64,000 nt of DNA from Tubiluchus corallicola (Eukaryota; Animalia; Priapulida): contig JAQGDQ010000190.1 in NCBI GenBank assembly GCA_030141605.1, forward strand, positions 1 through 64,000, given 5' to 3'. Shown one piece after another: positions 20,101-32,961 of this stretch. The translations under genes and the position numbers were made by a program. Below the pieces are notes generated by a model that worked only from the letters and a program-made list of their open reading frames with translations, had not been told where the DNA came from and searched no databases. Each line of letters starts with the position of its first letter. Position 1 is the first letter of the stretch.

Positions 20101-23100
20101 CACCAGATTTAGTGTAACAAGTGTGGTTTATTCATTTATTTACATAGTATAATTCAGTATGAGTGTTGCAGAAGCATTCAAATTAGTAAAGCGTCTGAAG
20201 ATTTATGTTTGAAAATTTGTGTACTTATTGAAGATTGGATGTGTTTACTTAAAACTCACTGTTGTATCACTGAATCGAAATTAGTACCATCATTGGTCGA
20301 TTGTTGTCTTTGAATTATTTAAAATTATTGCAGTTCTTTTATTTTTTTAGATATCAGTAATGGTAACAGAGACGTTTATTGACTACATCAAAACGAAGCC
20401 AATTGTATTTGAAGTATTCGGACACCATCAGCTGCAGCCATCACAAACCAAGCAAAATGAACCACAGAGGTATTTGCACCTGTGCAAATTACCATTTTGT
20501 GTCAATTGTGACACCTAAAGAGTTGCTAATATAAATTTAAACAGTATGAAATAGACGTATTTAAATGTTCTTAAACCTTTTTTAGTTATTCAATGTTCTC
20601 TCTAATAGACTGTATTTTTTTATGACCAATATTATCACCAATATTATGACTAATGTACTAATATAAACCAACTTTACACCTTTACTGTCTCTTGTTTTGT
20701 TAGACGTAGCAGGTTAACATAAGATTTGTTTAGATATGCTAGCTGTAAAATTTTGATGTTTTCGTTACGTTTTTCTGAATTCTAGCTCCCGACAGCCACC
20801 GAAGAAGATGTTTCCTTCTTATGATCTTCCAATTTCGCAACCAGTGCGGACGACGAAAATACCACCGCTAGAACACCTAGCTAACAATAATAGTACAATC
20901 CACTCCAAGTATGACTTACTTGTCTGGTTTGAAATCTGTGAATTGGCTTCCAATGGAGAGTGAGTATACAGTTTCTGCTTTTCAGTATTTTCAGCCAACA
21001 TTTTTACACGCATAACGTTGTAAATGTAAAAACAGATTATTTTACGTTTCTTCAAGCTGAGTTTTGATTTTTTGTTGCAGGTATTTACCAGCTATTGTGG
21101 AACATACAAAGGATAAAGTAGGTGGTGGTGTATTTTGTTTGCATCATGGCATACAGAGAAGAATTGCTATTTGTCTTGCTCATGAAACTGGGCAGGATCT
21201 AGTTTGGACCGATATCAAAGAGTTAGTTATAGGTACTTAAAAATAATTAATTAAAGTTTTGTTTGAATCTTGAATCTTAGAATATTGTCAAATTACCTTC
21301 AGCTTGCTTGTAATCAATTTGCCAATGAATGTGGTCAGTAGCAGTTTGCGACTTTAACAATGAACTAGGAATATAATCTCAGCAAAGATTTTCTGACAGA
21401 TGACAGCTATACTTAATTTCCTATAACTGTCATGCATATATAGGGTTTATCTTTATAATGTGGATATTTATGTGGTTAATAAACCTTTTTGCAGTTCTGG
21501 CGATTCATTTTGATTATGAAAAAGTCAAAGGTTAACTGTAGTAGGCAGTGCATTTGTGTGCACTTGATAATGCCTGTCAGCTAGAGCTATTGTAACAGTA
21601 ACAGTTTTAGCAGCTAGCTAGAACCTTTCCTAGTTCATTTTTCTTGTTCCCAGGCAAGATCCTGCAAGTAAATCCCTCTACACACAGATTAATGCATAAT
21701 TAAGTAAACTCTGCATAAAAAATGAAGTGGCTGAACTGATGTGGCAGACGGCTTTGCTTTACCCACATGTCACTTGCCGGTTGTAATTGTGACACGTTGC
21801 TGTGGTGCATTTAACCTTTGACCTACAGAAACTGCGCGTGTGCAAAACGGAACTGTGAAAAGGCTTATTGCACTTAGTATCACCATGCACTGACACTAAA
21901 AAAACAACTTTTAGCTATTTACTTCAGATTGTAGTTGTGCATTAATTTCTCTAACCATAATCAATGGCAAAATGATTGCTTTAGCGCAAAAGATGTTTTA
22001 AATGCTGAATGTATTGATAATATAGCTTTTACACATCAGAAATAGAGTATTATATTGTAAGTATAAAAATTCTGGTTGGTGATGTAGTCATCCTATTCCA
22101 ACATTTGTTTTCTTGCATTGGAATTATTTTGCATTTTGCATATTTTAGGTCGGATTAGAAACAAAGCTGCCGTTGATGACTTTGATGACTTTTACGATGT
22201 TTTGTCACTGAATGTTATGTCAGCTGAAACTTTTCAATTACCGGGTGATGAAAGGTACTTTTTTATTTTTGCTGTCATGTAGCATAGGTTACAATTTTAC
22301 GATTTAGTATAAATGTCATTTCTACTTTACAGTTTTGTCTTGCGTCAACATAAATTATAAAAAAGTTGGTAAGTTCAAATGGTGTGAAGTTTTTCAATTG
22401 TTAATGTGGCCGTATATGTAGAGTGGTTGTATGCCTTTGCCATTTGTTCTGTTCTGTACATTTTAATTAACATTTGACCTGTTTTTCATCTGTTACAACA
22501 AATAAAGCCTTACAAATAATATATTTTATATTAATAAATTTGGCTTCCTTCTGACCTTTTTGTGGATAAATGATAGTTTGCAGTTAGTGACAATATTCGT
22601 AATTTTGTTAAGAAAAATACATTTTTAATTTTGCTGTAAAAAGTCATAAAATCTGTGTAATTGTGTAGGACATTTTTCCGATTTGAAGCTGCCTGGGACA
22701 GTTCATTACACAATTCTGCATTACTAAATCGCATAACACCTAGTGGAGAGCATGTGTACATGACGGTCTCAGCTTATTTGCAGGTAATTGTAACCCTAAA
22801 AGTCGATAATTGAGATAGGAAGTGTTTGTGACATATGATTACTCATATTGTTAAATGAGATAGGAAGTGTTTGTGATGTATGATCAGACATATTGCATAG
22901 TGTTGTTTTGCCTACAAAATACATTAAAACACAAATGTATGATACAGATTCTGATCTGTGTCAGTTCTTTCCATAATAGAATCAGATCCTCGAATATTTT
23001 AAATAACTTCGCTAACTAACTAATACACTGACTGTGTTGTATAATTACTAGAATAACTTGACATCCTAAACATACTTCTCAGAGAGTTACTATGTTACCA

Positions 23101-26100
23101 TGTGCACAAAAATAGAAAGCAACATCTTGTTTTAATGTAGTATGTAAACTATGATGATTACCTTTAAGGTTTTTCACTAAGACCTCGAAAGCACTATAAG
23201 AACAACAGTGGTGGCTCGTAGCTAAAATTAGTGGAGGCGCTGCTTCAGAAAATTTTTAGCCATTGTTTTAATACTGAGTAAAACATAACAAACATATATA
23301 ATTTTAATGTTATACTTCTATTTGAAGATCAGGTGTTGAACGGCGTATTTTCTTAACTGCAATTTTCTCACCGAGAGACAACTGTGAAAAATCAAGCTGC
23401 TGTAGTTCGCTTACAATCACAGAACTTATTTCTTTAGGATGCAAGGCATTCATTATTAAATAATTTACGTTTTAAGCATACACACTAAGTTTACACTTTA
23501 TTATATCCAAGAATATGACGGTACATGGTAAGCACGTGGTAATTTTTACTGTGATAGAGACAGTACTTTTCTACCTAGCAGCAGATGCTAGCATACAGCG
23601 TGTTATCTCAGATATGTGCGCATAGCCACATACGCACAACAGCCAAACGCCACGTTGCTTGGGCTGTGAAGCAAACAGTACTTCACGTGCTCCTGTTTCG
23701 CACAAGTATAAAAAAAGAACTAAAGAAAAATATTATTATATTGAATATTATTGATAGTAATGAGTGAAAACAGGGGGTGCTTCAGTGAAGAACAATGATT
23801 GCTTTTGCAGATTGAAAATTGTTCCATGCCAGCAGTTATTTCCAAAGACTTATGTGTTTCCGTATATGGCCGTGATGCTCGTACTGCTTCGGCTTCTAGG
23901 TTGGTATAACATTTTTACTATATTAAACTTGCGTGTATGTGTAGTAAATGTCAACCAAATATTGTTATTAATCATTATGAGTGGTTATAATTATGGGATA
24001 ATCTTTCACCATATTGAAATTTCATTTAAATTTGATGAGAACAGTTGATGATTATTCATTAATGATAAAATTCCTGACATTAACTTGTGTTTCTTATTTG
24101 TTTTTATATGATCTAGATCTCTGAAAAATTTCTTTGGTGCTGGATACAAGGCATTAGATAGTAACAGAGTGACTGGTGTATATGAGTTATCTTTGAGAAA
24201 GGCTACAGAACCAGGTACCGTTATATCGTTTTAAAAACTGTTTATAGTGTAAAGATATTGCTGCTGCTTGATAACTTGTTGTGATACAGCATACACTGGT
24301 AAATGCTTGCCAAATAAGCATTTAAACGATTCACTGCAGCATTTATGAGTTTTTTAGATTTCTTAGAGATGTATTTTGATAATAAAATCAATTTTTTCAT
24401 TACTCAGGTGCACAACGTAGACAACGTCGAGTATTGGATACCAGCTCCACTTATGTGAGAGGAGAGGAAAACTTGAATGGCTGGCGACCTCGTGGTGACA
24501 GCCTTATATGGGTTCACCAGTGGGAGATGGAGAAACTGCATCGCTTAGAAGAAGTGAGTTTGTGGAATTAACCTGCTTAGATGAGTAGAAATGTTTCAAG
24601 AACAAAACTGCTCAATGTTAGTTCTAATTTAAATTGTTTTGTAAATATGAAATGAAATTAAAAATAAAGAAAGTAAGATAAGATGATTCAGAGCAAATAT
24701 AAGTTTACAAAATTTATTTTAATATTTTATTTTGTATTTCACAGTCTCTTTTAAAGACAGGTGACAATGACCCACAATACAGTGTCAAAACATACTGGAA
24801 TTTGTGTGGCTGTTTTTTTAAATTAGATGCTTCTTTTTTAAAAATCAAAAAATGACATAATTGCAAATTCATTGCCTTATAGGTTGGGTACGTTCGGCAC
24901 TTGCTGCTGCTAAAAGACAAATTGGTTGGTACAAGTGATCAGAAAGAGGACAAACATGTTGCTAACATGGTTGCCAAGGCAACTGGTGTACACGCATCAC
25001 CCAGCAAGCGACTGAGCATGGCAGAGGGAGACAAAAAAGTCTGTTGCACAGTAAGAGTGATTAAAATTTTCTAATGTATTTATTTTGTCAATAATGATTA
25101 TTATCATGTTTTTTGCCATCATTTTTTTCCATAATTGTCCTAAAAACTTTAAAAGAAGAGGCCGTTTTGTGTTATTGTTGTGGATGAGGCAACGATAAGC
25201 ATTTTGAAATTCACATGCATTGTTGGGAAACCCAAGATAACAGAAACAGGTTTTAGATTTATTTTGCACATTTGCAAATCAGGACAGGCTTTTTTTAGTT
25301 GATACGTGGCACTAAGCGAGGGTAGCTGTTATTTGTATGTGATAAAAATGTTGGCTTTCTTTTGAATTAAAAAATGCTAGCAGTACTTACTTTACGTTTC
25401 TGCTATATGCATTTCGTTCAGGTTAGATAATTTGTTCATGTTATTTCATAGTTACTGCTTATGTTTTAAAACAAAAATGTTGTTTTGACAGGCTGAGACT
25501 TCAAAGCAAAAAGATGATTCAAACGACAATAGCAAGAAATTGATGAGCAAATGCCTCAAGCTCCTCCAACAAGGTCGTCTTCCGCTAAACCCCATTCCAC
25601 CGACTGGCCCTGCTAGTAAGGTAAATATCTTAACGTAGACTTTTAATGTAAATTTTGACAAATTATGAAATCCGTTCTTTTTCTACTTTCACACAAGAAA
25701 TTATTTCAGGATGGTGAAGGGGATGAAAGTGATAGTTCCCGTGGCTCGTCACGTTCTGAAAGCATGGAGAAAATGTCAATGATATCGACCCCGCCACCTG
25801 GTGTCGGCGAAAAGAATCTAAAAAACATTGTTGATAGTGTGAACAAGACTGTGAAGGCTCCCCTGATACCAGATATTAGTTCTCGGAAACTAACTGTGCC
25901 CGGATTATCACCAAGCACAACAGAGCCAAACATAAAGTATGTTTCATAAACGTGATCACATGCACAAACACTAAAAATTATTTCTGCAAGTCTTTCATTC
26001 ATGCAAAAGATTATTTTAATAATTTGTTGTTTAGACATTATGTTGGTAAAATTGTGTTTTTTAGAGCCATGTCACCATCTGGAAACAAGAAATCTCAATC

Positions 26101-28249
26101 ATATGATAATATTCAAGAAGCAGCAAAAGATTCTCCAGAAAAAGCTAAGAAATCCTGTTCTTCAAATTCCCTCAGACAGATCAAGGTAACTGTCTTACAT
26201 GGTAACATTATGATAAGCGCAAAGCCTTTTAAGTATTTGTATATTGCATTATTTTCAAATTGAACACTATAATAAAAGTTGTTTTTTGAATGTGAAGGCT
26301 TGAGGCAGGTTTGTACTATAAATGAGTAAATTATATAAATATAATAAACTTGGATTTACTTTAATTATGGGTCCAAAAAATGAAAAACTAGAATGTATTA
26401 TCCTCTGAAACAGATCTGCTGTTTGTGGATTAAGAGAAAATTTAATAAGCTGGACTCAGTCCTCGTGCCTGCCTACATAATTTTTTCCTCTTTCTTCTGA
26501 AAAATTCACAACTTTTAGCAGATTTTAATATTTCTCTAAGTTCTGTCCATTTGTACTAAATAATAGCTGAAGCCATGTACATACCAGTCATTATGACACT
26601 CATCGATGTAGTTGACTTAACCTCTATTACTAGAATTCATGAATAGTATGATGGTTTCAGATAAGTACTACAGTTCAACTAATGAGGCTGTTGATTTATT
26701 TTATCTTTTCTTTTAAATAATGCAAGTCTTGTTTCAGACAAGTGTTTTTGTCGCTGAGATTGAAGAGGTTCGTATCTCGCCCGTCGTTTCGCGGAAGGGA
26801 TGGTTGAATTTTCTAGAAGAGAAGACCAGTGGTTGGACAAAACGCTGGGTGGTAGTGCGTCGTCCGTACATCTTCTTGTATAACAATGAGAAGGATCCCG
26901 TAGAGCGTGGTTTAATTAACCTAGCTACTGCTCAGGTGGAGTATAGTGAAGATACAGAGGCAATGATACAGGTATATAGTTTGTGATCAGTACCAAGTTT
27001 CGTGCAGCTTGGCACTGACACTAATTACTTTCTTGATGGTTTTTGGTGCAGCATGACACTGATTAGTGGCACCTGTAATCAGAGCAGGGACTAATATCCT
27101 TAACAGCTAATACTTTTTCTAAGTTTTCTTGATGCTCTTGATGGTTCTTCTTGATCCTTTTTGGTAACTACTCAACAATAATTAGCAGAGGCTTGTGATT
27201 ACACCAATTTAAAAATGGATTTTTTTTTAATGCCTAATTGATAAACTCTTAATATTAATCCCTCTGGCTTCCTCGTTTCACGGACGTTTTGTATAACTTG
27301 GTGTTTAGAGTTACAGGGTTCGAACGAATGCTAATTTTTGCTCATTATTTTTGCAATTTTCAGGTGAGTAACACATTCTCCGTCTGCACAAAGCATCGAG
27401 GTTTCCTGATGCAAACCATCACTGATGAAGAGATGCATGACTGGCTTTATGCCATTAATCCTCTGCTTGCTGGAACCATCAGGTAAGGAATGCATATTAT
27501 TGATTTTTTTTGAGTGGCATATACTGTGTATTAAACAGATTTTTGAGTGACATGTACTGTATATTAAAGATATAAACGTGACTTGATTAATGTTGTACTT
27601 GATTTGCCAATTTGAAGAAAGAATATGCCAGTCAGTGGCATAGCTCATAGAAGAGCAACTGCTGCCTTGAGCACATTTTTCAAAATTGGTACCTTTTCAA
27701 CAATGAAATTTTTACTTTATTTGACCAACCTCTCTCCCGTGTTTTTGTAATGAGCGTGCTTTTATGCAACTCATTTGTCAAGCTTGACTGATTCACTTGT
27801 TTAAAATTAAATTAATTAAATATGTTTTTATTATGTTTTGGGATCTATGAGTTTATTGTAAAACTTTTGTATACTAAATTGTAAATTTTATTCTTATTGT
27901 ACACCAAAATTACACTTTTAGTGTGTTTTAATTTTAAGTACAAAATAACAATAACCTACTTTCTTTAAAACTGTGTCTTTCTCGTGTTTTGATTTTAAAC
28001 ACAATTTTAAAATGTATAATCAATATGTTAAAAATTGTTTGGTACATCTCTGGCTCTCCCTGACTTTAGAACCTGGCTATACCTTTGAAGCCAGTTGCAT
28101 AGAGTGCCATTGTACAAGTATTATAAAAAGTTCACACATTTGCACGGCTTTCACTTTAGTGAACATTTTTTACTGTAATTATTTACAGGTCTAGATTATC
28201 CCGGGACGTGAAACCTGCAGCGGAAAAAATGTGGAACTTGACTGACTAA
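17193..28249 (+). CDS. unc-104: Kinesin-3 unc-104/KIF1A, C-terminal half (stalk, DUF3694 region, PH domain); 5'-partial
   Basis: Exons 17193-17333 (cassette), 17735-17872 ([27 protein letters not shown]), 18140-18258, 18472-18542, 18774-18888, 19125-19296, 19510-19600 ([16 protein letters not shown]), 20351-20469, 20786-20959, 21081-21232, 22149-22254, 22669-22783 ([17 protein letters not shown]), 23811-23899, 24117-24214, 24408-24553 ([14 protein letters not shown]), 24883-25050, 25492-25620, 25710-25936, 26065-26185, 26738-26971 (PH domain, [20 protein letters not shown]), 27364-27482 ([11 protein letters not shown]) and 28189-28249 (stop). Confidence 0.95.
19832..20153. mobile_element. Foldback MITE, near-palindromic along its length
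   Basis: ATTATACTATGTAAATAAATGAATAAACCAC at the left is reverse-complemented at the right. Inner arms ACAATATGCACT..GATTCAGA and TCTGAATC..AGTGCATATTGT also pair. Confidence 0.85.
21478..21868 (-). mobile_element. MITE family A copy (reverse orientation)
   Basis: Ends ..ACTGTGAAAAGGCTTA. The body is reverse-homologous to 39847-40217. Confidence 0.8.
23207..23790. mobile_element. Probable degenerate hAT-like MITE (CAGTGGTGGCTCGT start)
   Basis: Terminus resembles CAGTGGCAGCTCGT at about 34402. The right end is not clearly defined. Confidence 0.35.
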
Positions 28250-31200
28250 TAACTTCCTATAGCGCTTGGATATGAAATGCTTACAGTCTCTAAGCTTCTA
28301 TGTTGTGTCTTGTAACTATGTCAACCACAGTCTGTTCAACTCTAGCGAAAGTTTTCGAATGACAGAGAGAGAGAGAAAGAAAAGAACGGTTCTTTTGATT
28401 TATTCATAAAGTTGAATTTGTTTTACTCTGAGTTCTGATACACAAAATGCTGTGATATAGCAGAGGAACAAGAATATTTACGGAGGTATATGGCTGGTTC
28501 ATTGCCTCATTAAGTACATTGCATAAATTTTACAAAAACTTAATGAATTTTGGGACAGTTTTTATTATTATTTACAAGTCTAATCATCGACATTGTGTCT
28601 TTGACAGGTATAATTGACAAGTGTAATCAATATGCCTCTACCAATTATGTTATTTCACTGTTTACTTAACCTATTTACTTTTAAGCCTAGGCTAAAATGC
28701 TATGCATTTTAGTTCAAATTGAGAGCTGCCAATATGAAATGATTTTGTGCATTGCACAGTTAATAGAAATCATAAGCGAGTATTACACCAGATTTTCTTT
28801 GTACATTTGTGAAAATATTGATTTTTGTGAATATTCTGCTACTGTTGTTTCACTGCTTAACATTGTCCTGTCTGAAATTGTGCCCCTTTGTACAGTTTGT
28901 GTGTAATTATCATGGCACAAGCAGGGCTTTGTTTTGCCAGTAACAGAACATTGCAGTTGATTTTTTAAACTGTTTATCCAATTATTGTAAATTGTTGTTA
29001 AATTTCATTTACTGGCGTGTGATATTATGTATAAAACTGTATTGTGAGAGCTAAATTTGTGCAAGTGTGGTAATATTGACCAAATGAAAAACATCGATAG
29101 TTCTTAACTTATGTTTGATAGCTGACATTAATTGCGATTTTAAAAGAAAACAGCAAAAAATTATGTAAACTCAAAAAAGCAGATATTTTTTCACATTTGT
29201 CTGCATTGTTTAATATCGAAAATATGATATTGGTGCAAAATTTAACTTTTATTCCTGCCTGTATCCACTTTTTTCCTATACTAACTGTTAATAGGTAGCT
29301 TTGGAATTCACTTATTTTAGATACGTTACTACAGGATTTTTAACACTCCTAGGAAAGTTTGAAAATGCTAACCTCAAGTGTCGAGTCATTACTGTGATAC
29401 AAAAATCATCCTGTCATGCCTTTCTGCTGTTTTCATTATCATTTTACTGTATCGATGTGTTTCACTTGGAACACTTCTTATAATACTCTAGCTTTGTGTG
29501 TATGTGATAACACTTAGCAGCGTAGTGCTTTGCTGCAGCTCGAAGGATCGCATAATAGTTGGTAGTTTGGTATAAAATTGCACAAGCGCTGATTGACCAA
29601 ATCAGAAATTAGGTATTCATATTTGTAAAATTCCATAAAATTACTACTAACTTTTTGTATTTATTTCAGAAACAGAACCACAAAGTACAAAGTCCTGTGG
29701 TAACAGTTTCTTTTTTTCAAAAGAAATACAGTCTAAAATGCCTTGAAAGATTTCAGAATTTGTGGTAAATTCACTACCATAATGAATGATCACATTTATC
29801 ATCTAAGTTTTGTGCATTGACTGCATTTCATACTTACCAAATTACCTGCTACTTGTTTTAAACATTATTTATTTGCAGATGTTTGGCTATTTGAACTACG
29901 TTTGTGAAAGACTTGAACAAATACTTATTGTCATAAAAGAAAAACATAAAACCAGTACCTAGATTTATTTTGTTAATAAAAACAATGCTGACTGAAAAAA
30001 GTAAATTATTAAATTCAATTTAATTTATTATTTTATATTAATGTCTCGTGTTTTTAATGTTAAGATTCATGTTTTCTTGACAGCTGTATTTACTGAAAAA
30101 TTGGTCTAAAATTACTTGCTGCTATGATAAAATTCCATCATATTTGATGTGATAAAACATAAAAAATAATGGTAGAGCAAAAAACCATAAAATGTTGCAA
30201 TTTGCAATCACTAAAGCATATTCTGCCTTGCATAAGCTACTTATAATATCTAGTCATATAAGCTAGTCATTTCCGTATTTTACAGTATATTTAGTACGTG
30301 TGACAACAAATTCACTACAGAAACTAGTCATTTTTAATATTTTTGCGATATTTGTTCTTTTTATGCTAATAATGTTTTATAATATAAGTATATAAGAGAT
30401 TAACGGCGGGGCAGTTCCCATATATGCCGTGCTCTAGCTATTCATGGGAACATTCTCATCTATGCTGTATTCTAGGTAATTGAGGGAGCATTCCCGTTTT
30501 TGTTGTATTTTAGCTAAACTGTGGGAATATTCCTGTCTGTGCCAAGCTGTGGCTAATCGTAGTGAGACTTCTGACTGAAGGCATATTTTGCTTTCACAGG
30601 AATACTTCCATTTTTAATGTATTTCAGTATTGTTTGTTGCAGAAAGCAACCCTTGAGTTTTAAGCAACTGCTTTAACCTATCTTACAACTCAACTGCAGC
30701 TGTTATGCCGAGACTTGAAACCTTTATTTTCAGTTTTACTTTTATTAAAACTTGCCCCGGAAAGTTCCAGCATTTATTCTGGCATCAAAAATTCAATAAG
30801 TTGGTTTTTACTGCAAAAATGACGCAAATAACAAACAAAATTATGTGTTCAAAGTCATTTTCCAGCCTTTTACTGGGCTGTCAGTTTGCTATCTTGCAAA
30901 TGCCATCCATTTGCACCGTTTTGCGCCTATATATTTTTATTTCCGTAACTTCTCTGCTATGTCGTTCGGCAAATCGAAAACAGTTCAGAATATGATTTTA
31001 TCTTCCTGCATAAAATATTTTAGCTTCCTGCACTTGAAATTTGAACTTGAATAAAAACTGATAAAAATCAAACACAGTTTTTTGTCAATGATCAGTAAAA
31101 GACTGAAAATAAGGTCTCAGACTGAGTAAAACTTAATTATCATATTAATTAACAACTTTCTAGTTATTAGCTATTAGTAGCACTACACAGTGCTTTGCCT

Positions 31201-31419
31201 CAACTATGCCGTACCTGTTGTAAATATGCACACAGACTATTGTTCATTACAAATGTAAACAAGCTTTGTTTAGGTAATCATTCGTTTAATCGACAAAATC
31301 GTCGTTTTGGATAAAAAGTGAGTCTTGATGTCGAGGGTTTTGTGATAGTCAGAAGATGATGTTACACTACAAAAATTGAGAAAGTTGTTCTACTGAAAGT
31401 TAGCAACAACTTACAGAAG

Positions 31420-31748
31420 TCATTAATTAATTATGACTGTGATTGCCAGAATTTTTGTAAACCACCGCAGTTTATTTTACCAATTATTACCCATTGTGGG
31501 TCATGAGTTGGAGAAAGGAGACACTGAAAAATCGTGGATTAGTCAGGATCTTAGGCCTGCTGCGTTGTACTGGACTGGTAGAGAGCATGGGAGTACTAAA
31601 CCCAGGTCTTGGGTTCAAATCCCGACTAGTCCACAATTTTTCAGTGTCTCCTTTTTCCAACCCATTACCCGCAATAGGTAATAGATGGTAAAATAAAATG
31701 CAGTGGTTTATAAAAATTCTGGCAATCACAGTCATAATTAATTAATGA
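31420..31748. mobile_element. Foldback element with about 130-bp inverted arms around a tRNA-like (Pol III A/B box) core
   Basis: TCATTAATTAATTATGACTGTGATTGCCAGAATTTTT is matched by AAAAATTCTGGCAATCACAGTCATAATTAATTAATGA. The core reads TGGACTGGTAGAGAGCATGGGAGTACTAAACCCAGGTCTTGGGTTCAAATCCCG. Confidence 0.85.
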
Positions 31749-32961
31749 TATCGTTAGTTGCCAGCTAATTTGGGAAGTATTAATACCATAACCTATGGAA
31801 GTCTATGAAAGATTCTGTTTTAGGTTCTTAAAGGTACTTCTTGTTATGTACAAGTTCTGGTTTATTATTGCTATTATTATTGTAATTAATAAACAATTAA
31901 TTCTACGACCTATCAAAATTTCACCCACTCTGTTCAATTGTCATACATACTTGATAGGAAATGCATGTTTCTAATATAACTTATCAGTTTTGTTGCATGG
32001 ATGCTAAAAAAGTGACACAGAGTGGCAGAAATCAGTTGAAATTCTCTGCAAAAGCCGGCTGCAGGGGGATTTCTATTATTAATTTCTGTCAGTCTGTATC
32101 TGTAATATCTCACTGAAATTATAAAAGTAAATTATTCAAGTTAAAATGGACAAAGCTTGTGTGCATGTTTATTCTACTGAGCTCTTCGTTTGCTAATCTG
32201 TAATTTTTGCATTCTCTGCATCAACACGAAAAATAAAAACTTTGCTTTGTCGAAATCTTTTGTACGATATTTGCATTACCACTATAACAAACTTTTCAGT
32301 TATATAAAAGTGAAATATAACAATAGCAATCAGCATTATAAAACATATAAAAATCTACTATTTCTACACGCAAAAGTTCAGCGCACATTAACATGTGAAA
32401 AATACCTACTTGGTTTCTTCATCCCAAATATATCAATCATCAAACTATCATGCTACAATCACGGCTGCTAATTGATAAAAACTAGAACAGTAGAATAAGT
32501 GTATTATGTTAAGTTAAATATGTTGAATATGTACAAATCACAGGAAGAATTGAAAGACAATGTAGTATACACAGGTTATACATGTCAACAACTAGTCCAG
32601 AATGAATAATAAATGGCAAACAATATCATGCTGATATGCTTGTGAGATTCTTTTTGTGTTAATTCACATTTTTTGTGAACACATATTTACCTAAATGGCA
32701 AGTCTAATGATATAAAAATGCCTTTATCACAAACATTTGAAGTGACGTTAAAACTGTCTTAACGCCAGTGACTATTTCAGTAGAATCTACCATCTGAACC
32801 ATTTTTAAATATAAAAATTAAAATTACGTTCGATAAAACGGACCGACCGTGAGAGATTAAAGCTCTGCAACTAAGAAACGACAATTCTAGCGAGGCCAGT
32901 TAATGATTTTTTGTTAGAAATACAAAATGAGAAATTAACATCTTACTCTGTCATGATGTTT

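Noticed and set aside
31560-31630. Functional tRNA gene
   Set aside because: No convincing acceptor stem, and it is embedded in a foldback repeat.
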